From Octopus vulgaris (Eukaryota): a stretch of 64,000 nucleotides of DNA. The notes under the pieces are model-generated. The model worked only from the letters and a program-made list of their open reading frames with translations, searched no databases and was not told the DNA's origin. The position numbers and the translations under genes are program-made. This document shows, in pieces, positions 12,331 to 26,385 of the stretch; the first letter of the stretch is position 1, and each line of letters starts with the position of its first letter. The DNA lies in contig OX597829.1 in the NCBI GenBank assembly GCA_951406725.2, positions 23,126,001 to 23,190,000 of the forward strand, read 5' to 3'.

Positions 12331-12860
12331 ATGTTTCTTTATTAGCCACACAGGGCTCCACACAGACAGAACAAATTACAAGGTAGAGCTTTTCTTTTGG
12401 GGGTGAAAAAAAGGGGGTTGGTTTTCGATCAAAAGGGATCGTAAAAGGAAAGAAAGAGGACAAAAAAAGGGGAGGATTTAAAAAAAAGGCGGGTAGAGGG
12501 AAAAAAAGAAAAGGGGAGAGGAAAAAAAAAGTTGATCAATAGGGATCGTAATCACAGAAATGTCAATATGAAGTGTAAAGGGGAGGGACAGGTGAGGTTT
12601 ACCCGTGGAAAGAAAAGCCTACGGAAAAGACCACGGTAACCTCGGTCAATGAAGTCACATGTTATATTTCTTTTTTATTTTTTTTTGCAAATAAGCAACT
12701 CTCTGTATTAATTTTTACGGTTCATAGAATCATAGTCAAGGTGGCTTCGTCATTCATACGTGCCATCCTTGCTACATTCACCCATCTTTTTTTAAAACAT
12801 TCACTAGACAAAACTTGCCTCTCTACTCTCACTTTCCTCTTCAAGTGATACTTGAAGAAT
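12331..12860 (-). mobile_element. Tx1/L1-like LINE 3' end (ORF2 C-terminus plus 3'UTR) inside (GATA)n
   Basis: [24 protein letters not shown]...* followed by a UTR ending ctgtgtggagccctgtgtggctaataaagaaac; UTR copies at 13815-13960 and 35701-35960. Confidence 0.65.
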
Positions 12861-13410
<550 letters not shown>

Positions 13411-13814
13411 GACACAACTACACGCACATCCTTTGACTTCTCGAAAAAAAAAAAAATCCTAACAGAATGCAATTCTAAAAATGAAGTAGAAGCGGTAGTA
13501 ATAATCCAAGGTGAATGTTTCTTATTGAGGCACCAGTCTAAATATTTAAGTTAAGCCGTCATACACAGCTTTTATCCATCTCTAACAACCTACCTGAGTT
13601 TTTAAACACATCTAGCTGCATAAAGTCGCATTTCAACAAACATTGGCATTGGCAAGCACGACTCAATTACAGCAAAGTGCATATCTTTATACTTCTTACA
13701 CATTTACTCACGTACCTTCAACTATATATACACATATGCATATGTATGTATGTTGTGTATATATGTATGTATGTGTGTATATATGTATGTATATATGTAT
13801 AATATATATATATA

Positions 13815-13960
13815 AGTTTCTTTATTGGCCACACAGGGCTGCACACAGATGGGACAAGTTACAAGGTAGAGCTTTTCTTTTGGGGGATGAAGAAAAAAAA
13901 AAAGGGGGTGGCGTAGGTTTTCGATCAAGAGGGATCGTAAAAGGGAAGAAAAGAACAAAA
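13815..13960 (-). mobile_element. Tx1-like LINE 3' terminal fragment
   Basis: Homologous to 12331-12470; ends aataaagaaac next to (TA)n. Confidence 0.7.
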
Positions 13961-14035
13961 AAAATAAATAAATAAAATAAAAAATAAAAAGAATAAAAAA
14001 TTTTTTTTTAAATAAATAAATAAAAAATAAAGGAA

Positions 14036-14110
<75 letters not shown>

Positions 14111-14315
14111 CTTTATTTAAAAGCACCAGAAAATTCAACAAAACCTGTTACTCTGAGTTTCCCGTTGCAAAAACTGTCCGATGAACGGCAACGGGAAACT
14201 CAGAGTAACAGGTTTTGTTGAATTTTCTGCTGCTTTAAATAAAACATATTACTCTACCACTGGTATTTGAGTACTCTTTTTTCCACCTTGTTTCACATTT
14301 ATGTGTTTACTCCGG
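14111..14315 (+). mobile_element. Palindromic Penelope-like mini-element (family P1) with hammerhead-like motif
   Basis: ~57-bp inverted arms plus a unique tail; motif aaaactgt-ccgatga-acggcaacgg-gaaa-ctcagag-ta-acaggtttt at 14170-14216; homologs at 40751, 44280, 49450. Confidence 0.7.
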
Positions 14316-14318
14316 TAT

Positions 14319-14364
<46 letters not shown>

Positions 14365-14610
14365 GCACATACACACATGCATATACATAGATACATACAC
14401 TTGTATATAATATATACATGATCTGTACATATATATAAAACGAGTACACACACACGCATATATACACATATCCGCTTACATGCGCGTGTCATAAATATAT
14501 GTATGCAAATATACGTGTATCTGCCTGTATGCGTGTATGAATGCATGTGTGCGTGTGTGGGGGTGTGTGCATGTATGGATTTGTGTATTTGTGTTGTATG
14601 TGTTGTGTAT

Positions 14611-14667
<57 letters not shown>

Positions 14668-15311
14668 CATGCTTGCATTATCCTTTATATGACCATGTTT
14701 TAGCATGTTAATGTATACGTTTGCATGCGTCTGGTGTGTGCACGCGTGTCAGTGTGTGTGTGCGTGTGTATGTGTATGCGTGTGTGTGCTCGCGCGCGCG
14801 CGTGTGTATGTTCTAAATTAAACACGATTGTATTTTTTTTTCCCCTATCAAACTACACATTATCTAAGGCGATACGCGCTTATTTTGAGAGTATTTACCA
14901 TCAACAAGGATAAGTGAAAGCCTGCTAAATGCTGTATTAGTTGCAAATACTCTACTTTGGAGCAGATACAATTGTTTACAAACCAACCGGAATGTTGAAA
15001 GCTGTTTCTTTTAGAGACGAAGATTGCAACAATTTATTTACAGTCAGCTAAACCAAAAATCGCAGCTGGAGGATTACATAAAGTGTTAATGTTAATACTG
15101 TAAGGCAGCGTTTATCAAACATTTTACCATCATCGCAACCCATTTTGGTAAATCAATAATGCTAAACGAATCCCGCCAGATTTTTTTGTTTTCTTTTTTT
15201 TTTTTTTTTTTTTTGCTAAATATTTAAATAAAAGCATTTTCCTCCAAGAAATTATATTCCTGTAGAGATTGTTTAACTTTTATACTTGACTTGTGGGTAT
15301 ATTCTTCGTTT

Positions 15312-15549
15312 TACTCTTTTACTCTTTTTTCCTTGTTTCAGTCATTTGACTGTGGCCATGCTGCAGCACCGCATTTTAGTCGAGCAAATCGACCCCAGGA
15401 CTAATTCTTTGTAAGCCTAGTACTTATTCTATCGGTCTCTTTTGCCGAACCGCTAAGTTACGGGGACCTAAACACACCAGCGTCTGTTGTCAAGCGATGT
15501 TGGGGGACAAACACAAATGCACATACACACACAGACACACACACACACT

Positions 15550-15587
<38 letters not shown>

Positions 15588-15758
15588 CATATATACGACG
15601 GGCTTCTTTCAGTTTCCGTCTACCAAATCCACTCACAAGGCTTTGGTCGGCCCGAGGCTATACTAGAAGACACTTGCCCAAGGTGCCACGCAGTGGGACT
15701 GAACCCGGAACTATGTGGTTCGTAAGGAAGCTACTTACCACACAGCCACGCCTACGCC
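15312..15758 (-). mobile_element. SINE B, full length
   Basis: Head, internal (CA)/(TA)n and tail all present. Confidence 0.9.
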
Positions 15759-15859
15759 TATATTTTGTGATTGTTTTTTTTTTCTAGCAAAATTGCGTTG
15801 TAATTCTAATGTTGCTTATAGATTATTGTATAAGGTATTATCCTTTAGTAGAAGACACT

Positions 15860-16245
15860 AGTTTCAGTCATTAAACCGTAGCCATGCTGGAGCATCGCCT
15901 TGAAAAACCTTAGTCGAACGAATTAATCCCAGTACTTATTTTTTAAAAAAATGTCAGGTACTTTTTCTATTGGTCTCTTTTGCCAAACCACCATGTTACG
16001 GGGACATAAACACACCAACACTGATTGGTAAGAGGTGGTGGGGAACAAACGGAGACGCAGACACACGCAGCGCTCACACACACACACGCTCGTGTGCACG
16101 ACCAGCTTCTCTCAGTTTCCGCTTGCCAAATCCACTCACAAACTTTGATCGGACTGTGGCTATAGTAGAAGATATCTACCCAAGGTAGCGAGCAGTGGGA
16201 CTGAACCCAAGGCCACATGGTTCGTAAGCAAGCTTCTTAACCACT
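15860..16245 (-). mobile_element. SINE B, diverged variant
   Basis: Same modules, more mismatches. Confidence 0.8.
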
Positions 16246-16439
16246 TGCATTAACCAGAGTACTCGACAACACTTTCGTATGGAGAGATAGGTAAGATGCT
16301 TACACTCGAAGTTGAGAATTACTTCGATTAACGCAAATAATCCTGAAACCCAGAATCCTCTGTGGAGAATGCTTGTATCGTATTGAGCAAGTAGTTGGTG
16401 TTATATAATAACTATCTAACGTTTTATGGGTTAAAAAAA

Positions 16440-16770
16440 CTCCCCTTCGGTCATGAATGACCATGGAATTGCACTTTGAAAGTTACCCTCCAAGACACAA
16501 ACCCGGGAAAGGTTGTTCATGGAAGACCAGCAGTCACCCATTCATACCAGCCCCCGCTCTCCATGCCACCGATGTTATCCAAAGGAAAGGCAATGGCTGA
16601 TACAGCTTGGCACCAGTGATGTCGAAACTCATTTCTACATCTGAGTGAACTGGAGCAACATGAAAATAAAGTGCCTTGCTCAAGAACACAACACACAGCC
16701 CGGTCCGGGAATCGAACTCACTACCTCATGATTGTGAACTCGATGTTCTAACTACTAAGCCATGCGCCTA
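16440..16770 (-). mobile_element. tRNA-headed SINE (D-type head, distinct tail)
   Basis: aggcgcatggcttagtagttag...gagttcgattcccc, gtgttcttgagcaaggcacttt central motif. Confidence 0.78.
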
Positions 16771-16809
16771 TGGATTATTGACATGTAATATGTAGGGAGA
16801 AACGCTAGG

Positions 16810-17280
16810 GACAGTTGAACAGTAGAAGGTCTTCAGAAAAAGAACGCCCGCTTCCCCCAACACTCATGAAAGTATTTCGACCATTAACTCCTTGCACTCT
16901 AAGGGGAACGGGCTACATCCGGTTATAACATCTGGATACTCCTCTGCTACCACATTCTGTGCTACTGTCTGCATTGCAACCATCCTGTTTGGCCAGAGTG
17001 CCCCAGATCCAGAGTACCTTGGGTATCATAACCATTAACCGTAGGATAAATTATGCCTATTAAAATTCACTTTTATTCCTCTTTGTTCAAATCCAGTTGG
17101 AACTTTTCCCAGCTGCTTCTACCATTGCCTTAAGCGCTCCGGTTCTTTTTTTTTTTTTTTTTCCTCTCTGAAATCGATAGCCTTTTCATAAGAACATTAG
17201 TAGATTTTCCCACAAACCCTCTCACACCCTCTTTTATGGCGCGGACTTTGGTTTGGAACCCATATTCTCCTATAGCTAAA
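16810..17280 (-). pseudogene. HERO-like (RLE-type) LINE C-terminus and 3'UTR
   Basis: VRAIKEGVRGFVGKSTNVLMKRLSI...ALKAMVEAAGKSSNWI*TKR resembles the HERO C-terminal EVGCRGF...EAAExASxWLWxKR. Confidence 0.6.
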
Positions 17281-17434
17281 ACTGTTCTGGGTAATTAACA
17301 CAACATATCGTAAAGATGAAAGCGAAAATAATTTTTTGCATCAAATGTGCACTTTAGGGCACAAGTTGGCGGTCCGCCTTTACACCCAGTGAAGCAGGGG
17401 TACTTAATATCTACTGAAGATAAAATATCCAGAA

Positions 17435-18631
17435 CTAGCAATATAGCCCGGCTTTGCTAGGGATTAAGTTAGGATTATTAAGCTAATCAAGCTCTTTATT
17501 TCAAAGCAAACTAAGTAACGTCGACGTCAAATTTGAGTGAAATCCGTTGAAATTGGTAAACTTTTGGGTGAAATTTTGCAGAAAATTTGATTGGGAAATC
17601 CCACAAGGAATCGGTTTATCGATTTTTTCCACTCATCGATTTTTTTTTTTTTTTTTTTCGTTTTTGGAGAACTAAAAGCATTCAAAGATCCCATGAGTCC
17701 TAAATAATGCTGGCATCAAGTTTGAACAAAATACATCAAAATTGGTAGACGTTATGGTTGAAAATGGGGGTGTAGCCAATTTTAGTGGGAAATCCTATAA
17801 GGAATTGGTTTATCGATTTTTTTTTTATTCTGATTAAATGGAAAACCCCATAAGGAATCAGTTTATTGATTTTTCACTCCAAATAGAACTTAACCGAACA
17901 TTGCTGATTCAAAAACATCTATATTTATACTTTAAAGTTGGTTTTCATACCCAACCCAGTTCTGCAGAATCAGTATCGCGACGGGAGCGCATGTGTTGGG
18001 AGTTTGATCGGCAGAGGTGATCAGTTTGCATATGCCAATCCTTTTGAAAACACCATCCCCATCATGTAACCCCACTTTGCCCATGGGTTGGGAACCCTTC
18101 CAGCAAGGAAAATAGAACGCCCAAAAAGGCCCCCGATCCTCTGTGCGAGAAGCGGTAATGTTCAGATCACAACTAAGTATATATATATATATATATATGG
18201 GCAACACACACGCACACACACACAAACATATATGTACATACACCTATTGTATACATGTTTTGCACGCCTTTGCCCCTGCCCTTGTCCCACCACCACCTCC
18301 TACCCGAGTAATACCATCAATTGAAGCAAATTAGGCACCCGGACGTAAGTTTTGTAACAGGAATAGAGAAACCTACCTTCTCCCGCAGAGATGTGAGAGT
18401 CAGATCTCTCCATTCGAAAACTTAAACAGTTTCGAAACATTGTTTACAAAATAATAGCTGATCGTTTGCGATGGAGCGTGTCTACAGTCAACACGTAGGT
18501 CTTTTGCTCTGGTAACCTCTGCTATCCCCAATGTTCACGCACGACCAGCTATATATCGCTATGAGTAGAGCAACGGATTCAGCTAATTTGGAAATTAGTT
18601 GTGGAGAAACGGAGAATATTGTTTATATTGC

Positions 18632-18673
<42 letters not shown>

Positions 18674-19155
18674 GGTCAACACACACATTGCATGCATGTG
18701 TTTTGTACGCATTCATGCTCGTGTGTGTGTGTGTGACTGAAGCCATTCACACATACGTACATACATAACAACACCTGTCTGTCTGTTTTTGCCTGTCAAT
18801 CACTCAGTAAAAAGACGAAATTTTAAAAATCTGTTATCTCTCTCTCTCTCTCTCCCTCTTCCTCCTTCTCTTTACACCGTCGCTAGAAGGGGACTTAACT
18901 CATGTTTTGTAAACAATAATGGCGTCACTACAGTGGATTTCTCCGCCGTGAAAATTGAAGTTATGGCTCAAAATTATTTACCGCTGTTCGCGAGTGCTTC
19001 GGGGGAAAATGATTTGAGGAAAATACAGCTAGGGTCGTGACAAATGTCCTCCTAAAATTTGAGTGATATGCGTGCTAATTTGTGGATGTGCATAAACTAC
19101 ATTCACGTACACACACACACACGCACACACACATCCTACTTTATATATATACAGA
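17435..19155 (-). mobile_element. Non-autonomous Helitron-type element
   Basis: Minus strand starts TC-tgtatatatataaag plus (TG)n; ends ccctagcaaagccggg hairpin-like ...gCTAG then T. Confidence 0.65.
18525..18630 (+). pseudogene. PIF1-family (Helitron RepHel) helicase C-terminal fragment
   Basis: PMFTHDQLYIAMSRAT...ETENIVY matches F.HGQLYVA.SR (motif VI) and the Helitron T.NIVY terminus. Confidence 0.75.
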
Positions 19156-19194
19156 CAAACATCTCCAAGAAAGCAAAACGAAAAAATTGACAAA

Positions 19195-19288
19195 CATTCG
19201 GCGGAGTTTGAACTCAGGACGTAGTGACGAACAAAATACCGCTAAGCATTTCGTCCAATGCGCTAACGATTCTTCTAGCTCGTCGCCC

Positions 19289-19382
<94 letters not shown>

Positions 19383-19622
19383 AAGAAGAAGAAGAAGAAG
19401 AAGAAGAAGAAGAAGAAGAAGAAGAAGAAGAAGAAGAAGAAGAAGAAGAAGAAGAAGAATTATAGCTACCAGGGCCTGAAACTTAGGGAAGAGGGATAGT
19501 CGATTACTTCGAGCCCAGTACTCAGCTGGTACTTATTTTATCGACCCCAAATAGATGAAAGGCAAAGTCACCCTCAACGGAATTTGAACTCAGAACGTAA
19601 AGACGGACGAAATACTGCTGAG
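19195..19622 (-). mobile_element. Two SINE A fragments flanking an (AAT)n(AAG)n microsatellite (19290-19459)
   Basis: Head fragment 19195-19290; A2 body/tail 19460-19622. Confidence 0.75.
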
Positions 19623-19630
19623 CAGTGTCA

Positions 19631-20092
19631 AAGTGACACTGGGGGTAAAATATACGAAGCCCAGTATACCCATCATGACTACCCGTCTGATAAGAGTACA
19701 CTAGGCACATGCATCACAGCCATATGTGCGTGACATGGTGATCTCATATCAAGAGAAACAACGCATGACCTTGCAGGTGGGGCCCAGTTAGAATTTTCCT
19801 CTGGTTGAGTAGCCCATCCCGCTCAAAAGGTCCCTGAATAAGGATTGTTTAAGGATGTTGAAAGAACCATCCATGTTTCCAAAGGTTAATTATCCAAACC
19901 TCTAAGAATTCCTCTCAACACACGGCTATGATGCACCCCCACTACTTCTGCTCGTGATCAGAGATGCTCATATCGTCAGCCACTAAAGAACATGCTCAAC
20001 TACCTGAGGTCAAACAACTGACAAGCAAATCTGTGGTATTGAGCAGAATACTTGCTGTAGCCCATCTTCTTATACCAAGACAAAACAATGTA

Positions 20093-20093
<1 letters not shown>
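19631..20093 (-). mobile_element. Element C, second copy, next to (TAT)n 20094-20151
   Basis: Reverse-complement homology to 9418-9862. Confidence 0.75.
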
Positions 20094-20155
<62 letters not shown>

Positions 20156-20169
20156 AGGCTCTGCCAGCC

Positions 20170-20400
20170 TTAACCTTTTTGATACCAACCCGCCTGAAAT
20201 CACCCCAGGTTCAATGATACAAACTTTGTATTTTTAAGAAATTTAAGTTAAAACCTCCTTTCACAATACGATGTTAATTAATGTTCCAAATCCCAGCTTA
20301 ATAACGACAAAAATATTTTACTAAATTCTTCATTATTTTTGAAAATTTGTTGAAACTAAAGTAGTGTACATCAAGAGAAATTTGGAAACGAAAAGGTTAA
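20170..20400. mobile_element. piggyBac-type MITE
   Basis: TTAA-cctttttgataccaa ... ttggaaacgaaaagg-TTAA. Confidence 0.7.
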
Positions 20401-20984
20401 AAGAAATCGACAATAACGACGAGATATCAATAAGAAAGACTTCGCAATATGGCGGACGACGATAAAATGTAATTCAGGAACGAGCAGTTAAAACGTCGGA
20501 GAAGGCGATAGTCAGGGGAGATCATGTAGTTATATTACATAAACGATTTTGATTTTCACCGAGAGAATCAAGTACATTTCTCGAATATTCATTACTAATT
20601 CAACATTTGCCTGACGATTCAAAGTGTAATGGACACCCATTTTGAAATTTCTTCAGAGGATGATTCGATGCTGGTGTCAATTGGGTCTTAAACATATGTT
20701 GACAAGTTCAAAATTAGATTTATCCAAATAAATCTTTGATAATAATAAAAATAAAAAAGTAAAAATGAAAAGGTAAAAGAAGAAAAAAGGAGATAATTGA
20801 TGTTTTTTTGGAAACCATATTATCTTAGAGGTTACATATTTAACCTAGCAGTACGAACTGAATACTCGTATACGAAAACACATACACGCACGAACGCACT
20901 TACACACATGCATTTTTAATCTGCTGAGAGAGAGAATAAAAGAACGTTAAGATGGATAAAGCAAAAATGAGAAAATCTCTGTCT

Positions 20985-21241
20985 ATACATACATACATAC
21001 ACGCACATACATACACATACATATACACAGACATAGACACATATACATACTTACACATACATACGTACATACATACACACGCATACATACATACAGATAC
21101 ATACATACTCATATATTAACACATACATGTACATACACACGTACGTACATACATACATACATACATACATGCATACATACATACATACATACATATATAC
21201 ATGCATACGTACACACATACACATGCATACACATAATGCAT

Positions 21242-21272
<31 letters not shown>

Positions 21273-21527
21273 AGATCGTACGTGCGTGTGTATGTATGTG
21301 TATGTGTGTACGTATGCATGTATGTATGTGAGTATGTATGTGTGTATGTATGTATGTATGTATGCATGTATGTATGTATGTGTGTGTGTGTGTATGTGTA
21401 TGTATGAGTATGTATAGAGCCATGTGTGTGTACATATATCAGTCTGTCTTCTGCCTGTTGATTTGTTGCTGATCTGTATGTATGTATGTATGAAGTATGT
21501 ATGTATGTATGTATGTATGTATGTATG

Positions 21528-21561
<34 letters not shown>

Positions 21562-22053
21562 TGTATGTATGTATGTATGTATGTATGTATGTATGTATGT
21601 ATGTATGTATGTATGTATATATGTATGTATGTATGTATGTGAGTATGTATATGTATGTGAGTATGTATGTATGTATGTATGTATGTATGAAGAATGTATG
21701 TATGTATGTATGTATGTATGTATGTGTGTGTGTATGTATGTATGAAGAATGTATGTATGTATGTATGTATGTATGTATGTATATATGTATTATGTATGTA
21801 TGTATGTATGTATGTATGTATGTATGTATATATGTATGTATGTATGTATGTATATATGTATTATGTATATATGTATGTATGTATGTATGTGAGTATGTAT
21901 GTATGTATGTATGTATGTATGTATGTGAGTATGTATATGTATGTGAGTATGTATGTATGTATGTATGTATGTATGAAGAATGTATGTATGTATGTATGTA
22001 TGTATATATGTATTATGTATGTATGTATGTATGTATGTATGTATGTATGTATG

Positions 22054-22085
<32 letters not shown>

Positions 22086-22331
22086 TGTATGTGAGTATGT
22101 ATGTATGTATGTATGTATGTACGTGTGTATGTATATGTATGTGAGTATGTATGTATGTATGTATGTATGTATGAAGAATGTATGTATGTATGTATGTATG
22201 TATGTATGTATGTATGTATATATGTATTATGTATGTATGTATGTATGTATGTATGTATGTATATATGTATGTGTGTATGTATGTATGTATGTATGTATGT
22301 ACGTATGTATGTATGTATGTACGTGTGTATG

Positions 22332-22363
<32 letters not shown>

Positions 22364-22400
22364 TGTATGTATGTATGTATATGTATTATGTGTATGTAAT
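20985..22400. repeat. (TACA)n/(TATG)n array with higher-order variant blocks
   Basis: Direct sequence; recurring gaagaatg, gtgagtatg, tattatg variants. Confidence 0.95.
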
Positions 22401-22619
22401 ATGCCTATGTGGGAGTAAAGAAACACAATTTTACACGAGAACGTGTAGATATCCACACGCACTCTACACAACCTTATGTAAGTGTGTAGAGGTGATTAAA
22501 CGAGACTCTAAAGAGGGTTGTTATACTCTGCTGTATTTTTATCAATTCATAATTTTACACCAGTTTCTTTCCTTCCGTTCTCTCCCCACCCCGTTAAAAC
22601 TATTTACTTTCCGCCTTTC

Positions 22620-22735
22620 TTCTTTATCTTCTTCTTCTTCTTCTTCTTCTTCTTCTTCTTCTTCTTCTTCTTCTTCTTCTTCTTCTTCTTCTTCTTCTTC
22701 TTCTTCTTCTTCTTCTTCTTCTCTTTCCTTCTTCT
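22620..22735. repeat. (TTC)n microsatellite
   Basis: Direct sequence. Confidence 0.95.
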
Positions 22736-23456
22736 TTCTTATTACTTCGTTTTCTTCTTTCGTTCTATCTTGCTTCGTAAATTTCAATCTCCAAACACAC
22801 AGTTTATCCTCTTACTGCTACTACAACTAACCCTCACCCTTTCCTCCTCCACTTCGCCTGACACATAATCTCAGCATTTTTATCTATTATACTCACACAC
22901 ACACACACACGCACACACGCACACGCACACACATTTCTCCCTCGCCTCTCTTCTACTCTGCCGATTTGAAAGTATCAAATTTAATTATCCTTTCATTTAG
23001 AAGTGCCGTGAAGCAATCTTGAAGCTGTGTACTGCATGCTTAGTATCCCCCACAAAGCGCCCAAAGCTAAACAAACAGCCTCCGATAATTAGCAAACTCC
23101 AGCAGCTTTTGAACCTTCGTAAGTTTTTGAAACCAGCCTTGATGATAAACTGTCTGCCAACAGACTTATACGAGTAACTTGCGAGCTCAGTTCATAAAAT
23201 GAAACGAGTTGAGAGAAAAATGAAAATAAGGGGAGGGAAATCAGTCAGTCGTTGTTATGAAGAAACAGATCCAACTGAGTTAGAGTTTTGAGAGATTACT
23301 AGAAAAACATAGCTCAAGAGGGAAGGCCAAAATTGCCAGTTTCACCGCCAAGCAGTCGAAGTTTGTGTCTTTATAGGCCAGATCCACAAATGGAATAAAT
23401 GTGTTATTGAAGAGAAAATGATATCGAAGAAGTCAGAAGTCCACAATAGTTTGTTA

Positions 23457-23665
23457 GGAGTGGCTGTGTGGTAAGTAGCTTGCTTACCAACCACATGGTT
23501 CCGGGTTCATTCCCACTGCGTGGCACCTTGGGCAAGTGCTTTTTACTATAGCCTCGGGCCGACCAAAGTCTTGTGAGTGGATTTGGTTGACGGAAACTGA
23601 AAGAAGCCCGTCGAATATATGTATGTATATATATATATGTGTGTGTGTGTGTATGTATGTATGTG

Positions 23666-23700
<35 letters not shown>

Positions 23701-23970
23701 TTGTCCGCCCAACATCACTTGACAACCGATGATGGTGTGTTTACATCGCCGTAGTGTGTAGTAGTGGCGCGCGCACACATTATTAGCCATTTGAAAAGAC
23801 TATGAAAGTCTCGACCACGGTCGAACAATGATGATGATGATCGCCGTAACTTAGCGGTTCGGCAAAAAGAGACCAATAGAATAAGTACTAGCCTTACAAA
23901 GAATAAGTCCTAGGGTCGATTTGCTCGACTAAAGGTGGTGCTCCAGCATGGCCACAGTCACATGACTGAA
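23457..23970 (+). mobile_element. SINE B containing an 86-bp insertion with an (ATG)n tail and 9-bp TSD
   Basis: atcgccgta at 23745-23753 and 23840-23848 flanks a segment ending tgatgatgatg (RTE-like tail). Confidence 0.82.
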
Positions 23971-24048
23971 TCTTTTTCTTTTTTCTTTTACTAACTTCCG
24001 TCATTAGATTGTGGCCATGATGTAACATCGCCTAAGAAGGTTTTTTGT

Positions 24049-24689
24049 CCAAGGCTCCTCAACCCTTTATTATTTTTCTTTTACTCATGGACCCCTTTGA
24101 TTCCTATTTTACTCAGATGAACCCTCCCAGCCATTCCATATTTTTAAAAATCCTATTAAAGTTTTATAATTAAACTAGTTGCTCGGGTTTGTAAGGGAAA
24201 TTACTATACAGCATTTTTAGAGAGTTGTAGCCAAAAAATAGCAAAAAAATGCATTAAAAATGGAAAAAATATGATGGTAAATTTTTTTTTAAATCGTTGA
24301 CTCATCGTAGACATTTTTAGAGAGTTACTTCCCTTTAAAAAAAATATGCATGAAAATGGAAAAAAATGATTGTAAATTATTTTTTAAATCGTAGACTCAT
24401 CGTAGACGCGCGCTAATACCCAGAAGGGCTCGATATGAATCACAACTACAAGATACCCGGTTTTGGTTAAACTGCACCACAAAATGTGGGAGTAGTTAGG
24501 AATCTAAATCGTAGGAGACAGACACAACTTCACTTTTATATATAAAGATACTATTAGGAATAGACTTTTAAAAATTGATAAAAATATTTCGAATATTTTT
24601 TTTCATTACTTTTAACCACAACACTCTTACATAACCCACTCCCACCCACCCAGCTAAGAGTCATAAGGACCCTAGTTGAGAAATACTGG
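24049..24689. mobile_element. hAT/Charlie-like MITE hosting a Helitron-type insertion
   Basis: Left ccaaggctcctcaacc, right gttgagaaatactg (CAG...CTCAAC type ends); ggaccc motifs. Confidence 0.5.
24175..24548 (-). mobile_element. Non-autonomous Helitron-type element (family H)
   Basis: Homologous to 61925-62927; minus strand TC...CTAG termini. Confidence 0.75.
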
Positions 24690-24895
24690 TTTAGTTGGAC
24701 ATATCAATCCCGCTGTTTATTTATTGTTTTTTTTTTAAGTTTTTTTTTTCATCGGTCTCTTCGGTCGCGCTACCAAGCTAAGGTTAACGTAAAGGAACCA
24801 ACACCTGTCGTCAAGCTATGGTGGGGGACAAATTGAAACGCACGCATACACACGTGTGTGTATGAGTTTATATATATTACATATATGTATGTATG

Positions 24896-24945
<50 letters not shown>

Positions 24946-25048
24946 CATAGTAAATAGGGTAATAAAAAATATTAGACTATATATTGTTCATATAGAAATA
25001 CAATAAAAGGCTTCCAAATAAAGAAGCGCTGTGTCTAGCACAGCGCTT

Positions 25049-25110
<62 letters not shown>

Positions 25111-25296
25111 AATTTCTGTTCAAAAAACCATAAAACGCGGAGAAGAAGGTCACTCTAAGAAGTAGACCAGTCTATTTATTACTTCCAAAGGTCTGTTAGC
25201 AGGGATACCCTGGGTTTCTCGCCATAAAATGCTCTTATGGCGAGAAATACAGGTTAACCCTGCAAACAGGCCTTCGCCAATAATAAGTATGTATAT

Positions 25297-26290
<994 letters not shown>

Positions 26291-26350
26291 ATTTTTCATC
26301 TTCATTTGCAATACAGCCTATCTCTCTCCCTCTCTCTCATTCTCTCTTAT

Positions 26351-26385
<35 letters not shown>

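Noticed and set aside
15497-15787. Recurring peptide [22 protein letters not shown]... in many ORFs, as a gene family
   Set aside because: It is the antisense translation of SINE B.
22940-23450. Unique sequence as a possible exon
   Set aside because: No sizeable ORF in the track and no recognisable domain; a small exon cannot be excluded without RNA data.
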